Source: an uncultured Chloroflexia bacterium (GTDB lineage: Bacteria; Chloroflexota; Limnocylindria; Limnocylindrales; CSP1-4). Taken from it: 64,000 bases of DNA. The notes below the pieces were generated by a model. It searched no databases. It was not told the origin of the DNA and worked only from the letters and a program-made list of their open reading frames with translations. The stretch spans positions 256,001 to 320,000 of the forward strand of contig CAVRGP010000002.1 of the NCBI GenBank assembly GCA_963720755.1, written 5' to 3'. Positions 1 to 9,549 of this stretch are shown here, piece by piece. Numbering within the stretch: position 1 is the stretch's first letter; each line of letters opens with the position of its first letter. The translations under genes and the position numbers were made by a program.

Positions 1-507
1 CCCAGGCCGTGGATCGCCGCCGTCGCGGCCCGCGGCCGGGCCATGGTCCTCGCGACCCGCGGGCAGCTGGAACAGGCTACCGAGGCGTTCGATCGCGCGC
101 TGCAGGCGCACGAGGTGGCTCCTGGATCGTTCGAGCGTGGGCGGACGTTGCTGGCCATGGGCCGCATCCAGCGTCGGGCACGGCAGAAGCGACTTGCCCG
201 GACCTCCTTGGAAGCGGCCCTTGGGGTGTTCGATGAGCAGGGTGCCGTTGGCTGGGCCGAGCAGACACGCAGCGAGCTCCGCCGCGTGGCGACGCGCACC
301 ACGCCGGCGGACCTGACGGCGACGGAGCTGCTCATCGCTCGCCTGGCAGCCTCGGGCCTGACAAACGACGAGGTCGCCGATCGGGCGTTCGTCAGCCCCA
401 AGACCGTCGAGGCGAACCTCGCGCGGGCCTACGTCAAGCTCGGCATCGGCCGTCGCGCCCAGCTCGCGCACGCGCTCGACGAGCGGGAAGCCGCGGCGAT
501 TTCATAG
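1..507 (+). CDS. LuxR-family (LAL/MalT-like) transcriptional regulator, C-terminal part (5' end outside window)
   Basis: Frame open from base 1; C-terminal LuxR HTH LTATELLIARLAASGLTNDEVADRAFVSPKTVEANLARAYVKLGI preceded by TPR-like helices. Confidence 0.9.
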   Translation, partial: PRPWIAAVAARGRAMVLATRGQLEQATEAFDRALQAHEVAPGSFERGRTLLAMGRIQRRARQKRLARTSLEAALGVFDEQGAVGWAEQTRSELRRVATRTTPADLTATELLIARLAASGLTNDEVADRAFVSPKTVEANLARAYVKLGIGRRAQLAHALDEREAAAIS

Positions 508-548
508 GGTTCCCCCCACTATCGGGATCCGGCGCCCGACCGTAGCCT
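504..548 (+). promoter_or_regulatory. Putative LuxR-type activator site plus leaderless -10 for the downstream gene
   Basis: Imperfect palindrome ATAGGGTTCCCCCCACTAT (504-522); TAGCCT (543-548) lies 7 nt before the GTG at 556. Confidence 0.45.
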
Positions 549-555
549 CAGCGCC

Positions 556-897
556 GTGGACACCACCACGTATGTCGTCGAGTGCTTCTGGCCGGGGGTC
601 GATACCGCCGACCTGGACGCGCTCGACCGGCGCGCGATCGCCGCGGTCGCTGCGCTCGACGCAGAGGGGATCCTGGTCGTGTACCGCGGCTCCTGGCTGA
701 TTCGCGAGGACGAGGTCGTCCTCTGCTTCCTCAGCGGGACCCGGACCGACGTAACCGCTGCCGCTCGACGGGCGGAGATCCCGTTCGAGCGCATCCACGA
801 AGGCGTGCGGCCGGCCCGCGTCCCGGGCGTCGCCATCCACATCGATCAGGCGGATCACGACCGGGCGACGGTCGACGGTCCGACACCAGGAGGCTGA
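556..897 (+). CDS. Small hypothetical protein, DUF4242/SCO4226-like
   Basis: 113 aa, YVVECFWPG ... EDEVVLCFL ... AARRAEIPFERI pattern; directly follows LuxR gene. Confidence 0.6.
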   Translation: MDTTTYVVECFWPGVDTADLDALDRRAIAAVAALDAEGILVVYRGSWLIREDEVVLCFLSGTRTDVTAAARRAEIPFERIHEGVRPARVPGVAIHIDQADHDRATVDGPTPGG

Positions 898-899
898 CC

Positions 900-1544
900 A
901 TGCTCCGTGTCCCGAGGCTCGTGACTCTTGCATCATGTCTGGTCATCGTGGCCGCCTGCAGCTCCTCGACGGGCAGCTCGGCGTCGACCGCACAATCGTC
1001 CGCTCCCGCAGCATCGACGCCGGCCGCCGCGGCGACTGGGACCCCTGCGGTGAGCGGCGGTACCCCGCCTTCGGCGTCACCGGCCGGCGGTGGCGGAGGG
1101 AATGCCACCGGGACTCCGGTCTCCTCGGCGACTTCGTCCGACGAGGCTGGCAGCAGCACAGGACCGACGCTGCTCGCGAACGTCTGCGACATGCTCGACG
1201 TGCCAACAATCGACTCGGTCACAAGTCTTTCGGTGAAGGCAGGCAAGTCCATCGCCGCCGACCCGAGCAAAGGTGATCTCGGCAGCTGCCTCTGGGCCGC
1301 AGGGACAACGACCGGGGTCCAGATGACCGCTCATTCCGAAGAGCGGATCAAGGCGCTCCTCCTCGCTCCTGGTACCGACGAGCCGGGAGTGGGGGTGGCG
1401 GCAAAAGGCCGCACGGCAACGATCAGCGGGATCATCCACGCCAGTGTTGCCGTCGACTTCGGGACATTCGGCGTCCAGATCGTCACCGATTCGCCCGCCG
1501 CCACGCTCGCGATGTCGGTCGCGCTCGCGAAGGCGATCACGTAG
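900..1544 (+). CDS. Putative lipoprotein with Ser/Thr/Pro/Gly-rich linker
   Basis: RBS AGGAGG; signal peptide with lipobox VAAC; low-complexity linker, then a domain with two Cys (VCDML, GSCLW). Confidence 0.75.
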   Translation: MLRVPRLVTLASCLVIVAACSSSTGSSASTAQSSAPAASTPAAAATGTPAVSGGTPPSASPAGGGGGNATGTPVSSATSSDEAGSSTGPTLLANVCDMLDVPTIDSVTSLSVKAGKSIAADPSKGDLGSCLWAAGTTTGVQMTAHSEERIKALLLAPGTDEPGVGVAAKGRTATISGIIHASVAVDFGTFGVQIVTDSPAATLAMSVALAKAIT

Positions 1545-1697
1545 CTCGGCCCCGGCCACGACCAGGTAGCGTGGCCTCCTGGACGCGACGAACATCGTCT
1601 GGGTACAACGTGACAGCTCCGGTCGGATGGCGGGCCGGGGGAGTTCGACGATGTGGCGGAGGCTGCCAAAGCCCGCAACGAGGCCCTGAGATGAGGG

Positions 1698-2075
1698 TCA
1701 GCCGGGTTCGGGACCGTCGACATTGACGGTCACCGGCCCCTCGCCGACGCGGACGATCACGCCGTCGTTGGGCTCGGCCCCGGCGTTGCCCTCGCGGTGG
1801 ACGACGCCTTTCGGGATGAGCACGAAGTCCCCCGGCTCCATCTCGACACGCTCGTTCCCACCGGGCCCGAACTCCACGAAGAACCGGCCCCGCGTGACGT
1901 GCCCGTACGTGTCGTGGCCGGGATGGACGTGCCAGCCCGACGCTTGGTGGGCTGCATTCTCGACGCGCCCCACCCAGACGCCCTCGTCCGCGAACGCCTC
2001 GAAGCGCGTGACGCCCGGCGTCGGCGTCGGCTCGCCGCGGAGTTCGCCGTTGCTGACCACCTTCGGCCGATCCAC
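1698..2075 (-). CDS. Cupin domain protein
   Basis: Cupin motifs SGWHVHPGHDTYGHV and PGDFVLIPKGVVHREGN; RBS GGAGGG. Confidence 0.85.
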   Translation of the reverse strand: MDRPKVVSNGELRGEPTPTPGVTRFEAFADEGVWVGRVENAAHQASGWHVHPGHDTYGHVTRGRFFVEFGPGGNERVEMEPGDFVLIPKGVVHREGNAGAEPNDGVIVRVGEGPVTVNVDGPEPG

Positions 2076-2346
2076 AACCCACCCTCCTGAGGATTCGCCG
2101 GCTCCGGGAGCGCCGACGGCTGACGGCCAACACTACGCCACGCCCGCCGCGCGCGAGATCACAGGACCGAGCGCCAGCACCCTGTTCCCCGGCAAACCAC
2201 CACGTCGGCGTTCATTTCGAGTCATGGCTCGGTCAACGAAGCTGTGTCTTGTCGTCGATCAGGGCACTGTCCATACTCCCGTTTCCGAACCGGTGGGCGT
2301 CCCTGCCATCAGGCAGTCGAGACGCGCCTCCCAAGGAGGGGCAGGA

Positions 2347-2613
2347 ATGCCGAAGATCGTGGTCACCGCGGCGGTCAAGGATGTCGAGGCGTGGCTGAAG
2401 TTCAAGACGGACATGACCGCCGCGTTGTCGGCGGTCGCGTCGGACGGGTCCAGCTACGTTGCGATGGATGGCAGCAACCAGGTGGCGAGCACCTGGGACG
2501 TCCCCGATATGGAGGCCTTCCAGGCAGCGCAGCGGTCCTTCCCGCCGGAATTGGCGGCCGCGGCGGAACGAGCCGGGATGATCCCACCTGTGATGATCTA
2601 CATCAAGAAGTAG
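2347..2613 (+). CDS. Small hypothetical protein (88 aa)
   Basis: MPKIVVTAAVKDVEAWLKFK..., good RBS and codon bias; candidate promoter TTGTCG-N17-CATACT upstream. Confidence 0.7.
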   Translation: MPKIVVTAAVKDVEAWLKFKTDMTAALSAVASDGSSYVAMDGSNQVASTWDVPDMEAFQAAQRSFPPELAAAAERAGMIPPVMIYIKK

Positions 2614-2748
2614 CTCGGTCGCTGGTTGCCGGCGCCCCGCTGATTTGCGGGTCACCCGCCCGATCACCTCGAACCTGCACGAGTAGCGCGTAACGTGAGG
2701 CGCAGGGGCCTGGTCATGGTGCGCCGCGGGTGAGTCCAGGGAGGGGTC

Positions 2749-4177
2749 ATGTCGAAGTCCGATGATGCGGTCGATCAAGGCCGACTACCTGATCCAGGGG
2801 GGCGGCGCCGTTGGGATGGCCTTCGCCGACTCGTTGTTCACCGACACCGACGCGACGATGGTGATCGTCGATCGGCACGACCGACCGGGCGGCCACTGGA
2901 ACGACGCATACCCGTTCGTGCGGCTGCACCAGCCCGCCAGCTACTACGGCGTGAACTCGCGGCCGCTCGGCACAGGCTCGATCGACAGATCGGGCTCAAC
3001 GCCGGGTTCCACGAATTGGCGTCGGGGCACGAGGTCGTGGCCCATTTCGACGCCGTGATGCGGCAGCGGTTCCTGCCGTCGGGCCGGGTCACGTTCCTGC
3101 CATCGAGCGAGGTCGGCGACGACCGGGTCGTGACGTCGCTGCTATCCGGGCGATCGGCGCCGGGTGGACGGCGGCCGCTTCGTCGACGCGACGCACTCCA
3201 GGATGCAGGTGCCGTCGACGACGCCACCGCCGTACGCCGTGCGCCGACGACGTGACCTGCGTTCCGGTCGGACGGCTGCCCGCGGTCGCTGCCGCGGTTC
3301 GATGACTTCATGGTGGTCGGTGCGGGCAAGACCGGCATGGACGCGTGCATCTGGCTGCTCGAGCAACGGCGCCGACCCGAGCAGATCCGCTGGATCGTGC
3401 CTCGCGACTCGTGGGTGCTGCGCCGGGGCAACTTCCAGCCGGGCGCCGAGCACTTCGCCCGCTTCTGCCAAGAGCATCGCGGACCAGGTGAGGCCGTCGC
3501 GAGTGCGATCGGGATCGACGACCTGTTCCTGCGGCTGGAGGCGGCCGACGAGCTCGCGCCGCGTCGACCCCGACAGTGACGCCCGAGGCGTACCACTGCG
3601 CCATCCTCAGCGACGGCGAGCTCGCCGAGCTGCGCCGCATCGACCGATGTCGTCCGACTCGGACGGGTGCGCGTCGATCGATCGCCGGCGAGATCGAGCT
3701 CGAGCAGGGCACCATCGACGGGCCCGACCGACGCTGCACGTCGACTGCTCGGCGGCGGGCATCCCGACGCACGGCCATCGACCGATGTTCGACGGCGACC
3801 GCATCACGCTCCAGTGGGTGCGCACGTGCCAACCCACGTTCAGCGCCGCGTTCATCGGTTTCGTCGAGGCGACGTTCGACGACGGACGAGAAGAACCGCA
3901 TCTGCCGCCCGATCGTGCCGCCGACGGTGCCGCTCGACTGGCTGCGGGTGATCGCAGTCGAGCTCGACAACCGACGGGCTGGACCGACTATCCCGCAGCT
4001 CGACGACTGGATGGCCGGTACGCGGCTCGACCCCTTCACCAAGACGGCGCGCGAGCGCATCGGGCGTCGACGACGAGGCCACCGACAGTTCCAGCGGTAC
4101 CTCGCCAACGCCGGGGCCGGCGAGGGCCAGGCTCGACCAGCTCCTGCAGCGGAGCTGGAAAGCGCGAGGTCGAAGCG
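2749..4177 (+). CDS. FAD/NAD(P)-binding oxidoreductase (multiple frameshifts, end approximate)
   Basis: DYLIQGGGAVGMAFAD, GGHWNDAYPFVRLHQP and VVGAGKTGMDACIWLL spread over several frames. Confidence 0.8.
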
Positions 4178-5136
4178 ATGGACGAGCTGCTGGTCGACAA
4201 CGGCGACATCACGCTGCGGGTCGAGGTGACCGGCGACGGGCCGACGGTGCTGTGCGTGCCCGGCTGGCCGGAGCTGGCCTCGTCGTGGCGCCACCAGGTC
4301 GCGCACTTCTCGGAGCGTGGCTACCGGGTCGCGGCGCTCGACGTGCGCGGCTACGGCGGCAGCTCGCGCCGCCCGAGGTCGAGCGCTACACGCTGCGCGA
4401 GCTGGCCGGCGACGTGGCTGCGGTGGCGGCCGCGCTCGACGACGAGCCGGTCGTGCTGTTCGGCCACGACTGGGGCGCGCCGATCGCGTGGCACGCCGCG
4501 ATCCGCCACCCCGACCGGGTGCGGGCCGTGGCCGGGCTGAGCGTTCCCCACACGCCGCCGCTGCCGCTCTCGCTGCTCGACGTGTTCGACCAGCTCTACG
4601 CCGACCGGTTCTTCTACATGCTCCGCTTCCGGAGCCCGGCGTGATCGAGGCGGAGTTCGACGCCGACCTGCGCGACGCGCTCGAAGCGTGTCTACTTCGC
4701 GCTCTCGGGCGCCGCCCCGCCGACAGCCTGCTGCCGGACGGCCCCGCGGACGCTGCGTTCCTCCCCCTGCTGCCCGAACCGCCGGACGGGACCGCTGGCG
4801 TTCATGTCCGACGACGAGCTCGACGCCTACGCGCGACGTTCGAGCGCACCGGGATGGTCGGCGCGTTCAACCGCTACCGGGCGCTGCGCGCTCGACGGCG
4901 ACGCCGACGCCGACATCGTCGGCGCCACGCGTCGACCAGCCCTCGTGCTTCATCGCCGGCGAGCATCGACCCCGTCCGGGCCATGCTCCCCGGCGTCGAC
5001 TCGTACGCCGACCCCGGCGCCGGCTGCACCGACTTCCGCGGCGCGACCATCGTCGCACGGGGCCGGCCACTGGGTGCAGCAGGAGGCCCCCGCCGCCGTC
5101 AACGCGGCGCTCGACGCCTTCCTCACCGGACTCTGA
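4178..5136 (+). CDS. Alpha/beta hydrolase, epoxide hydrolase-like (frameshifted)
   Basis: PGWPELASSWRHQ, DVRGYGGS, nucleophile elbow GHDWGA, GAGHWVQQE. Confidence 0.85.
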
Positions 5137-5157
5137 GCCACCGCGGAGGCCGCGTGC

Positions 5158-5285
5158 GAGCGCATCGATGTCCAGGGGTGACCGACGACACCTTCACCCT
5201 GACCGCCCCAAGCGTCGTCCGCGGGAACGAAGGTCAGTCTGGTCGGGGCGAGAGGACTTGGGCCCACGGAACCTACCTCATCAGG
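5158..5285 (+). pseudogene. Eroded C-terminal remnant of a putative site-specific recombinase, reading through a tRNA-Pro att-like site
   Basis: ERIDVQG/VTDDTFTLTA...GRGERTWAH resembles ARTDVLGFERMEYELTP...GRGER of the 9123-9410 remnant; recombinase identity is inference. Confidence 0.4.
5240..5255 (-). repeat. tRNA-Pro 3'-end copy 1 (att-like)
   Basis: Minus strand CCTCTCGCCCCGACCA = T-stem 3' strand, acceptor strand, A73, CCA; identical to 9334-9349. Confidence 0.75.
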
Positions 5286-5301
5286 CGCTGCCAGGGATGC
5301 G

Positions 5302-5646
5302 TCAGCCTCGGCCGAGTACCACGTCGAGGCCGGCGAGGACGAGCTCGAGGTTGGATGCCGAGAGGCGGCCGGCGCGCTCGGTGAGCGCCGTCCGGTCGAT
5401 GCGTGACGAGCTGGGACACGTTGGCAACCGACGGCTTCGGGAGGCCAGTCGCCCGTGCGGGTAGGAGCACGTTGCCGGGCGCCTCGCCCCACTTGAGGTT
5501 GCTCGTCAGCACGACGCAGACGACGGTCCGCAGGGAGCTCGCGTTGAAGGCGTCGCCCTGGACGACGACCACGGGCCGCGAAAGCCCGGCTCGGAGCCGG
5601 CAGGCTCGCCGAGGTCGGCCCACCAAACCTCGCCCTGGGCGATCAC
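5302..5646 (-). CDS. mazF: PemK/MazF-family type II toxin (frameshifted)
   Basis: VIAQGEVWWADLGEPAGSEPGF, RPVVVVQGDAFNAS, PGNVLL, SVANVSQLVT; GTG overlaps the antitoxin stop. Confidence 0.85.
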
Positions 5647-5882
5647 CACTCGTCGGACTCGAGGGTCCGGCGGGCGGCGCGGGCCGAGAAGTCGGCGCTC
5701 TCGCCGTCGCCCGCTTCGGCCACGACGGCATCAAGCCGCGCCGTCACCTCATCGGGGGCATGCCGGGCGACGTACTCGCGCAGGGCGGCGCTGTACACCT
5801 CGCTCCTCGAGCGGCGCGAGCGGCGGGCGAGGCGGTCCACCTGGGCGAACAGGTCGTCGGGGACCGAGACGGCGGTCTTCAT
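5643..5882 (-). CDS. Ribbon-helix-helix antitoxin (ChpI/MazE-like)
   Basis: MKTAVSVPDDLF...SRSEVYSAALREYV, C-terminal W; directly upstream of the toxin. Confidence 0.85.
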   Translation of the reverse strand: MKTAVSVPDDLFAQVDRLARRSRRSRSEVYSAALREYVARHAPDEVTARLDAVVAEAGDGESADFSARAARRTLESDEW

Positions 5883-5894
5883 ACCCGGAGTATA
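5881..5894 (-). promoter_or_regulatory. Leaderless -10 with overlapping autorepression operator of the TA operon
   Basis: TATACT 6 nt before ATG; palindrome ATAC-N5-GTAT overlaps the start. Confidence 0.55.
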
Positions 5895-5952
5895 ACGCCG
5901 TGCTCGGCCGGCCGAGCACGGCGAAGCGCCACCTCGCGGACCTGCCCGCAGG

Positions 5953-6672
5953 TCAGGCAGCCGCAGCGACCCGTGATGCCGGTGTCGGCCGATGCTGCGC
6001 TTCGCCCGTCTGGAACCCCTTGGCGAGGAGCCAGCCCGCGAACACCATCTCCTGGAACGCGATCGGCATCGCCAGGAGCATGTATGGCGAGCCCATGCCA
6101 GTGTCGAAGCCCAGGATGCCGAGCAGCCCGTACGTGAACACGCCGATGCCGCCGATCAGGCCCCAAACGGACAGCCAGTGGGGCACGAGCCGCGATCGGA
6201 AGAGCACGACATTGAGGGTCAGGCAGCCCAGACCGAAGAAGATCAGTGTCCCGATGACGACCGACCACGTGTGCCACGCCGCCAGCATCGCCCCGAGCGC
6301 GACCAGGTCCGCCGGCGCTGCCGCACCGATCGCGTCGTCCTGGCTCAGCGTCAGCATGACCAGGATGCTGATCGCGCCGGCCACGTAGAACACGTTCTCG
6401 AACGCCCGCAGGCCGACGTAGCCAGCCGCAAGGCCCTCGCCATGGGGCCGCAGGATCGGGAACAGCAGGAACGAGGTCGCAAAGGCGCAGGTCGCCGCGA
6501 CCAGGAAGCACAGCACGGCCGCCGTCACGCGACCGGCCTCAGCGGACAGGCCGGCCAGGTAGTCCGGTCCATCGAGGGCCGAACCGAGGACGACCGAACC
6601 CAGGATCGAACCCGCGGTCGCGACGATGAACAGGACGCCGACGACGGCCGCCGTCCGTCTCTCCGACTGCAT
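5953..6672 (-). CDS. DUF4386 family membrane protein
   Basis: RRTAAVVGVLFIVAT, LFRSRLVPHWLSVWG, PIAFQEMVFAGWLLAKGF; RBS GGAGG. Confidence 0.85.
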   Translation of the reverse strand: MQSERRTAAVVGVLFIVATAGSILGSVVLGSALDGPDYLAGLSAEAGRVTAAVLCFLVAATCAFATSFLLFPILRPHGEGLAAGYVGLRAFENVFYVAGAISILVMLTLSQDDAIGAAAPADLVALGAMLAAWHTWSVVIGTLIFFGLGCLTLNVVLFRSRLVPHWLSVWGLIGGIGVFTYGLLGILGFDTGMGSPYMLLAMPIAFQEMVFAGWLLAKGFQTGEAQHRPTPASRVAAAA

Positions 6673-7097
6673 TCGAGACCTCCATCGTTGAGGTTGCCAC
6701 GGCAGCCGCCGCGAGGCGGCGCCCGCAAGTCTCGGAATAGCGCACGACACGGACCTGACGCGAGAGCCACAGCGACCGAATCGCCGGGCCCCTGGGCAGG
6801 TTCGTTCGGGGGATCCGAGGGTCGAGGGATCCGGCGCCGATCAGCCCGAGCCTGCCGGCCAGCGAGACGGCAGCCGCAAGCACCCCCGGCCGCGACCGCC
6901 ATGGCCGCAGCGACGATCGGGTGCTCCAACGCGCCGACCTTCTCCGTGGTGACGAGCCCGGCCTGCTCCAGCCCCTCCTTGACTCAGCGATCTCTCAGCT
7001 TCGTGGGCCGGGCAGGCGGGTGGCTCCTCGTCCCGAGTCTGGAGCCCGTGGGAACGCCTGCTGGCCGACCCAGTGGGTTCGATGAGAGGCTCGGGCC

Positions 7098-8021
7098 TTA
7101 CGCCACGGCGACGACCACGTTGCCCCGCTTGTGCCCGTTGTCGACGTACCGGTGCGCCTCGACGATGTCGTCCAGGGCATAGGTGCGGTCGATGACGGGC
7201 CTGATCTCACCCTTCGTGGCCAACTCCCCGAGCAGCACCAGGTCCTCGCGACGAAGCTTCGGCCTCCCGTCGTCGACCGAGACGCAGGCTCCGCCGGGAG
7301 TCAGCACCTGCCGGCATCGTCGGAGCGCGGCGGCGCTCTTCCGCTTGCCCACGGCATCGAAGATCAGGTCGTATCGCGTTGCCCCATCCGTGAAGTCCTC
7401 GCAGGTGTAGTCGATCACCGCGGTCGCGCCGAGCGACGCCACGAGGTCCACGTTCGCACGTGCTGCACACGCCCGTCACCTCCGCACCGAGGTGCCGAGC
7501 AAGTTGCACGGCGGATGTGCCCACCGCCCCCGAGGCCCCGAAGACGAGGACCCGTTGTCCCGCCCGGACGCCCGCCTTGCGCAGGAAGGCAGAGCGCGAG
7601 GAGGCCACCGTACGGAATGGCCGCGGCCTCCTCATCGGTGAGGTTCGCCGGTCGCGTCGCCAAGAGTCCGTCTTCGGGCCAGCACACGTACTGCGCATAC
7701 GTTCCGAAGCGGCGCTGATCGAAGCCGAATACCCGCTGGCCCACTTCGAACGACGTGGCGTCTGGTCCGACGGAGTCCACCTCCCCTGAGAGCAGCATGC
7801 CGAGCACGGGTTGTCTGGGTGCGTTCCAGCCGAGGGCGAGTCGCGCCATGATCCGGTAGGCGGGGCTCAGGTCGAGCCCCCGGACGTAACAGTCGCTGGA
7901 CGTCACCGCGGTTGCCAGGATGCGGATGCGCACCTCGTGCTCGCGGGGAACCGGGGTCGCGAGTTCCTCGAGCCGCAGAACGGTCTGGCGGTCCATACCG
8001 CGTGCAGACGACGGCCTTCAT
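7098..8021 (-). CDS. NAD(P)-dependent alcohol dehydrogenase / MDR quinone-oxidoreductase-like (frameshifted)
   Basis: [49 protein letters not shown]. Confidence 0.85.
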
Positions 8022-8773
8022 GCCCGAGCGCCCTCGGCCTGCGGATCCGCGGGCCGCTTCCCAGCCGGCAGGTCCTGCCTCGGAGTCGACGACCTTCACG
8101 CCCTTGACCAGGAGCCACAGTCCCAGCCCGACTTCCGCGACGAAGCTCACGGCGAGCCCGGGGTAGCGGATCGCGGGGTAGTCCGGCAGCAGCAGGGCCT
8201 GGAGGAACCAGATCAGGACGGCGATCCCGTCGAGCACCAGGAGGACGCCCAGGAACCGGGGAAGGAAGCCGGACTTGTAGACCAGGTAGCCGAGCGGGAA
8301 CAGCCACGTGCCGAAGAACAGCTGGGCCGTGACCCAGCCCGTCTTGTAGACGTTGATGGACAGGTACGCCAGCCCCTCGAGCTGCGCCGCCGAGTAGGCC
8401 TGCATGTGGCTGGCCGCGTCTCCCTGGAGCATGCGCGGATACCAGCGACAACATGCTCGCGCCCTGGATGGCGACACCGACGGCGTTGAGCAGCAGGAAG
8501 AGCAACGCCAGGTCCTGATTGACCGGTCGCAGCAGGACGTAGAGACCCCACGCGGCCATGAGGAACAGGAACCCCGTGATCAACGCGACGACCAGGCCCA
8601 GGCGGAACGACCCCTCATTCGTGACGATCGCCTGGTAGACCTGCTGCGCGTCGCCCAGCCCGATACTGCCCCAGCACGGTGGCAAGCACGGAAGCCAGGA
8701 TGTAGGCGAGGTAGAAGCCGCCCGTGATCCTGGCCACCTTGCTCGGTGCCAGGTGATCTCCGCCCGTATTCAT
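8018..8773 (-). CDS. DUF4386 family membrane protein, second copy (frameshifted)
   Basis: ARITGGFYLAYI, LYVLLRPVN, FFGTWLFPLGYLVYKSGFLPRFLG, EVGLGLWLLVKGV. Confidence 0.8.
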
Positions 8774-9021
8774 TCCTTGTCTCCTTCGTTCGAGACGCCC
8801 CAACCCTCATCGCCAACCGCGACCGGACGGGTAGTGAGGCTCACCACCTCGTGACCTCGCAACGCCTCGAGGAATGGTTGAAAGCTGCCGCACACCAGGC
8901 AGCGCACGATCGGACCGTCGACCTCCACCTCGCTAACTCCGGACGCCCGCTCTAGCTGCCGAGCCGGAGGAACGCCGACGAAGCTGACTTCCACTCGTTG
9001 AGTCGGTAGCGCCCTGGTCAT
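8770..9021 (-). CDS. Small protein resembling the C-terminal accessory domain of ABC-2 ATPases
   Basis: 83 aa, GVSEVEVDGPIVRCLVCGSFQPFLEAL; TAGGCT -10 lies 7 nt before ATG; stop overlaps the next ATG. Confidence 0.55.
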   Translation of the reverse strand: MTRALPTQRVEVSFVGVPPARQLERASGVSEVEVDGPIVRCLVCGSFQPFLEALRGHEVVSLTTRPVAVGDEGWGVSNEGDKE

Positions 9022-9122
9022 GCTCGCCAGCCTATGGAGGCGCACGGGAGCCAGCATCGATGGGATTCGTGATTGGGTAGCGAGTCGACCGTCCGCTAGT
9101 GGCTCGACGACGCCATCCAGGC

Positions 9123-9410
9123 GACGTGCTCGTCGTCGGCTACTTGCGCTCCCTGCCATCGCCTTGGGCGGGTCAGGGCCCGATGCGCGCCAGGCGCTGG
9201 CGACATCGCTGTCCGCGCGCACGGACGTGCTGGGATTCGAGCGGATGGAGTACGAGCTCACGCCCGATGCGATCGAACTGGGCCTCGACGCCGCGCTCCT
9301 GGCCGTGTTGGAGATCGGGCAAGTGCGTGAGTTTGGTCGGGGCGAGAGGGCATGCGCCAACACTATCCAACGGTCGGTGAGGATCGCCGGCGACGGAGTC
9401 CAGGCCGACG
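9123..9410 (+). pseudogene. C-terminal remnant of a putative (large serine?) recombinase, reading through a tRNA-Pro att-like site
   Basis: VVGYLRSLPS(P)WA/GPDARQALATSLSARTDVLGFERMEYELTPDAIELGLDAAL...GRGER; no N-terminal domain; family assignment is inference. Confidence 0.5.
9334..9349 (-). repeat. tRNA-Pro 3'-end copy 2 (att-like)
   Basis: TGGTCGGGGCGAGAGG identical to 5240-5255; similarity extends 7 bp left (GTCAGTC vs GTGAGTT). Confidence 0.75.
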
Positions 9411-9549
9411 TTGATGCCTCGTCGGAGATCGCGCTGGCATCCCTCCGTCATGTCGGGAGACCACATCACCGCGCCCCCGTCAGCTCGGACCGCTGGCCGC
9501 TCGCGGCCGGATCGCAGGGCCAGGGCTAACGCCCGCGCCTTGATCTAGC

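Noticed and set aside
5240-5300. Complete tRNA-Pro gene
   Set aside because: Only the last 16-17 nt match; no intact T-loop, anticodon arm or D-arm follows.
524-6838. 13-bp match GGGATCCGGCGCC near 524 and 6826
   Set aside because: Short GC-rich match with no shared context; plausible by chance.
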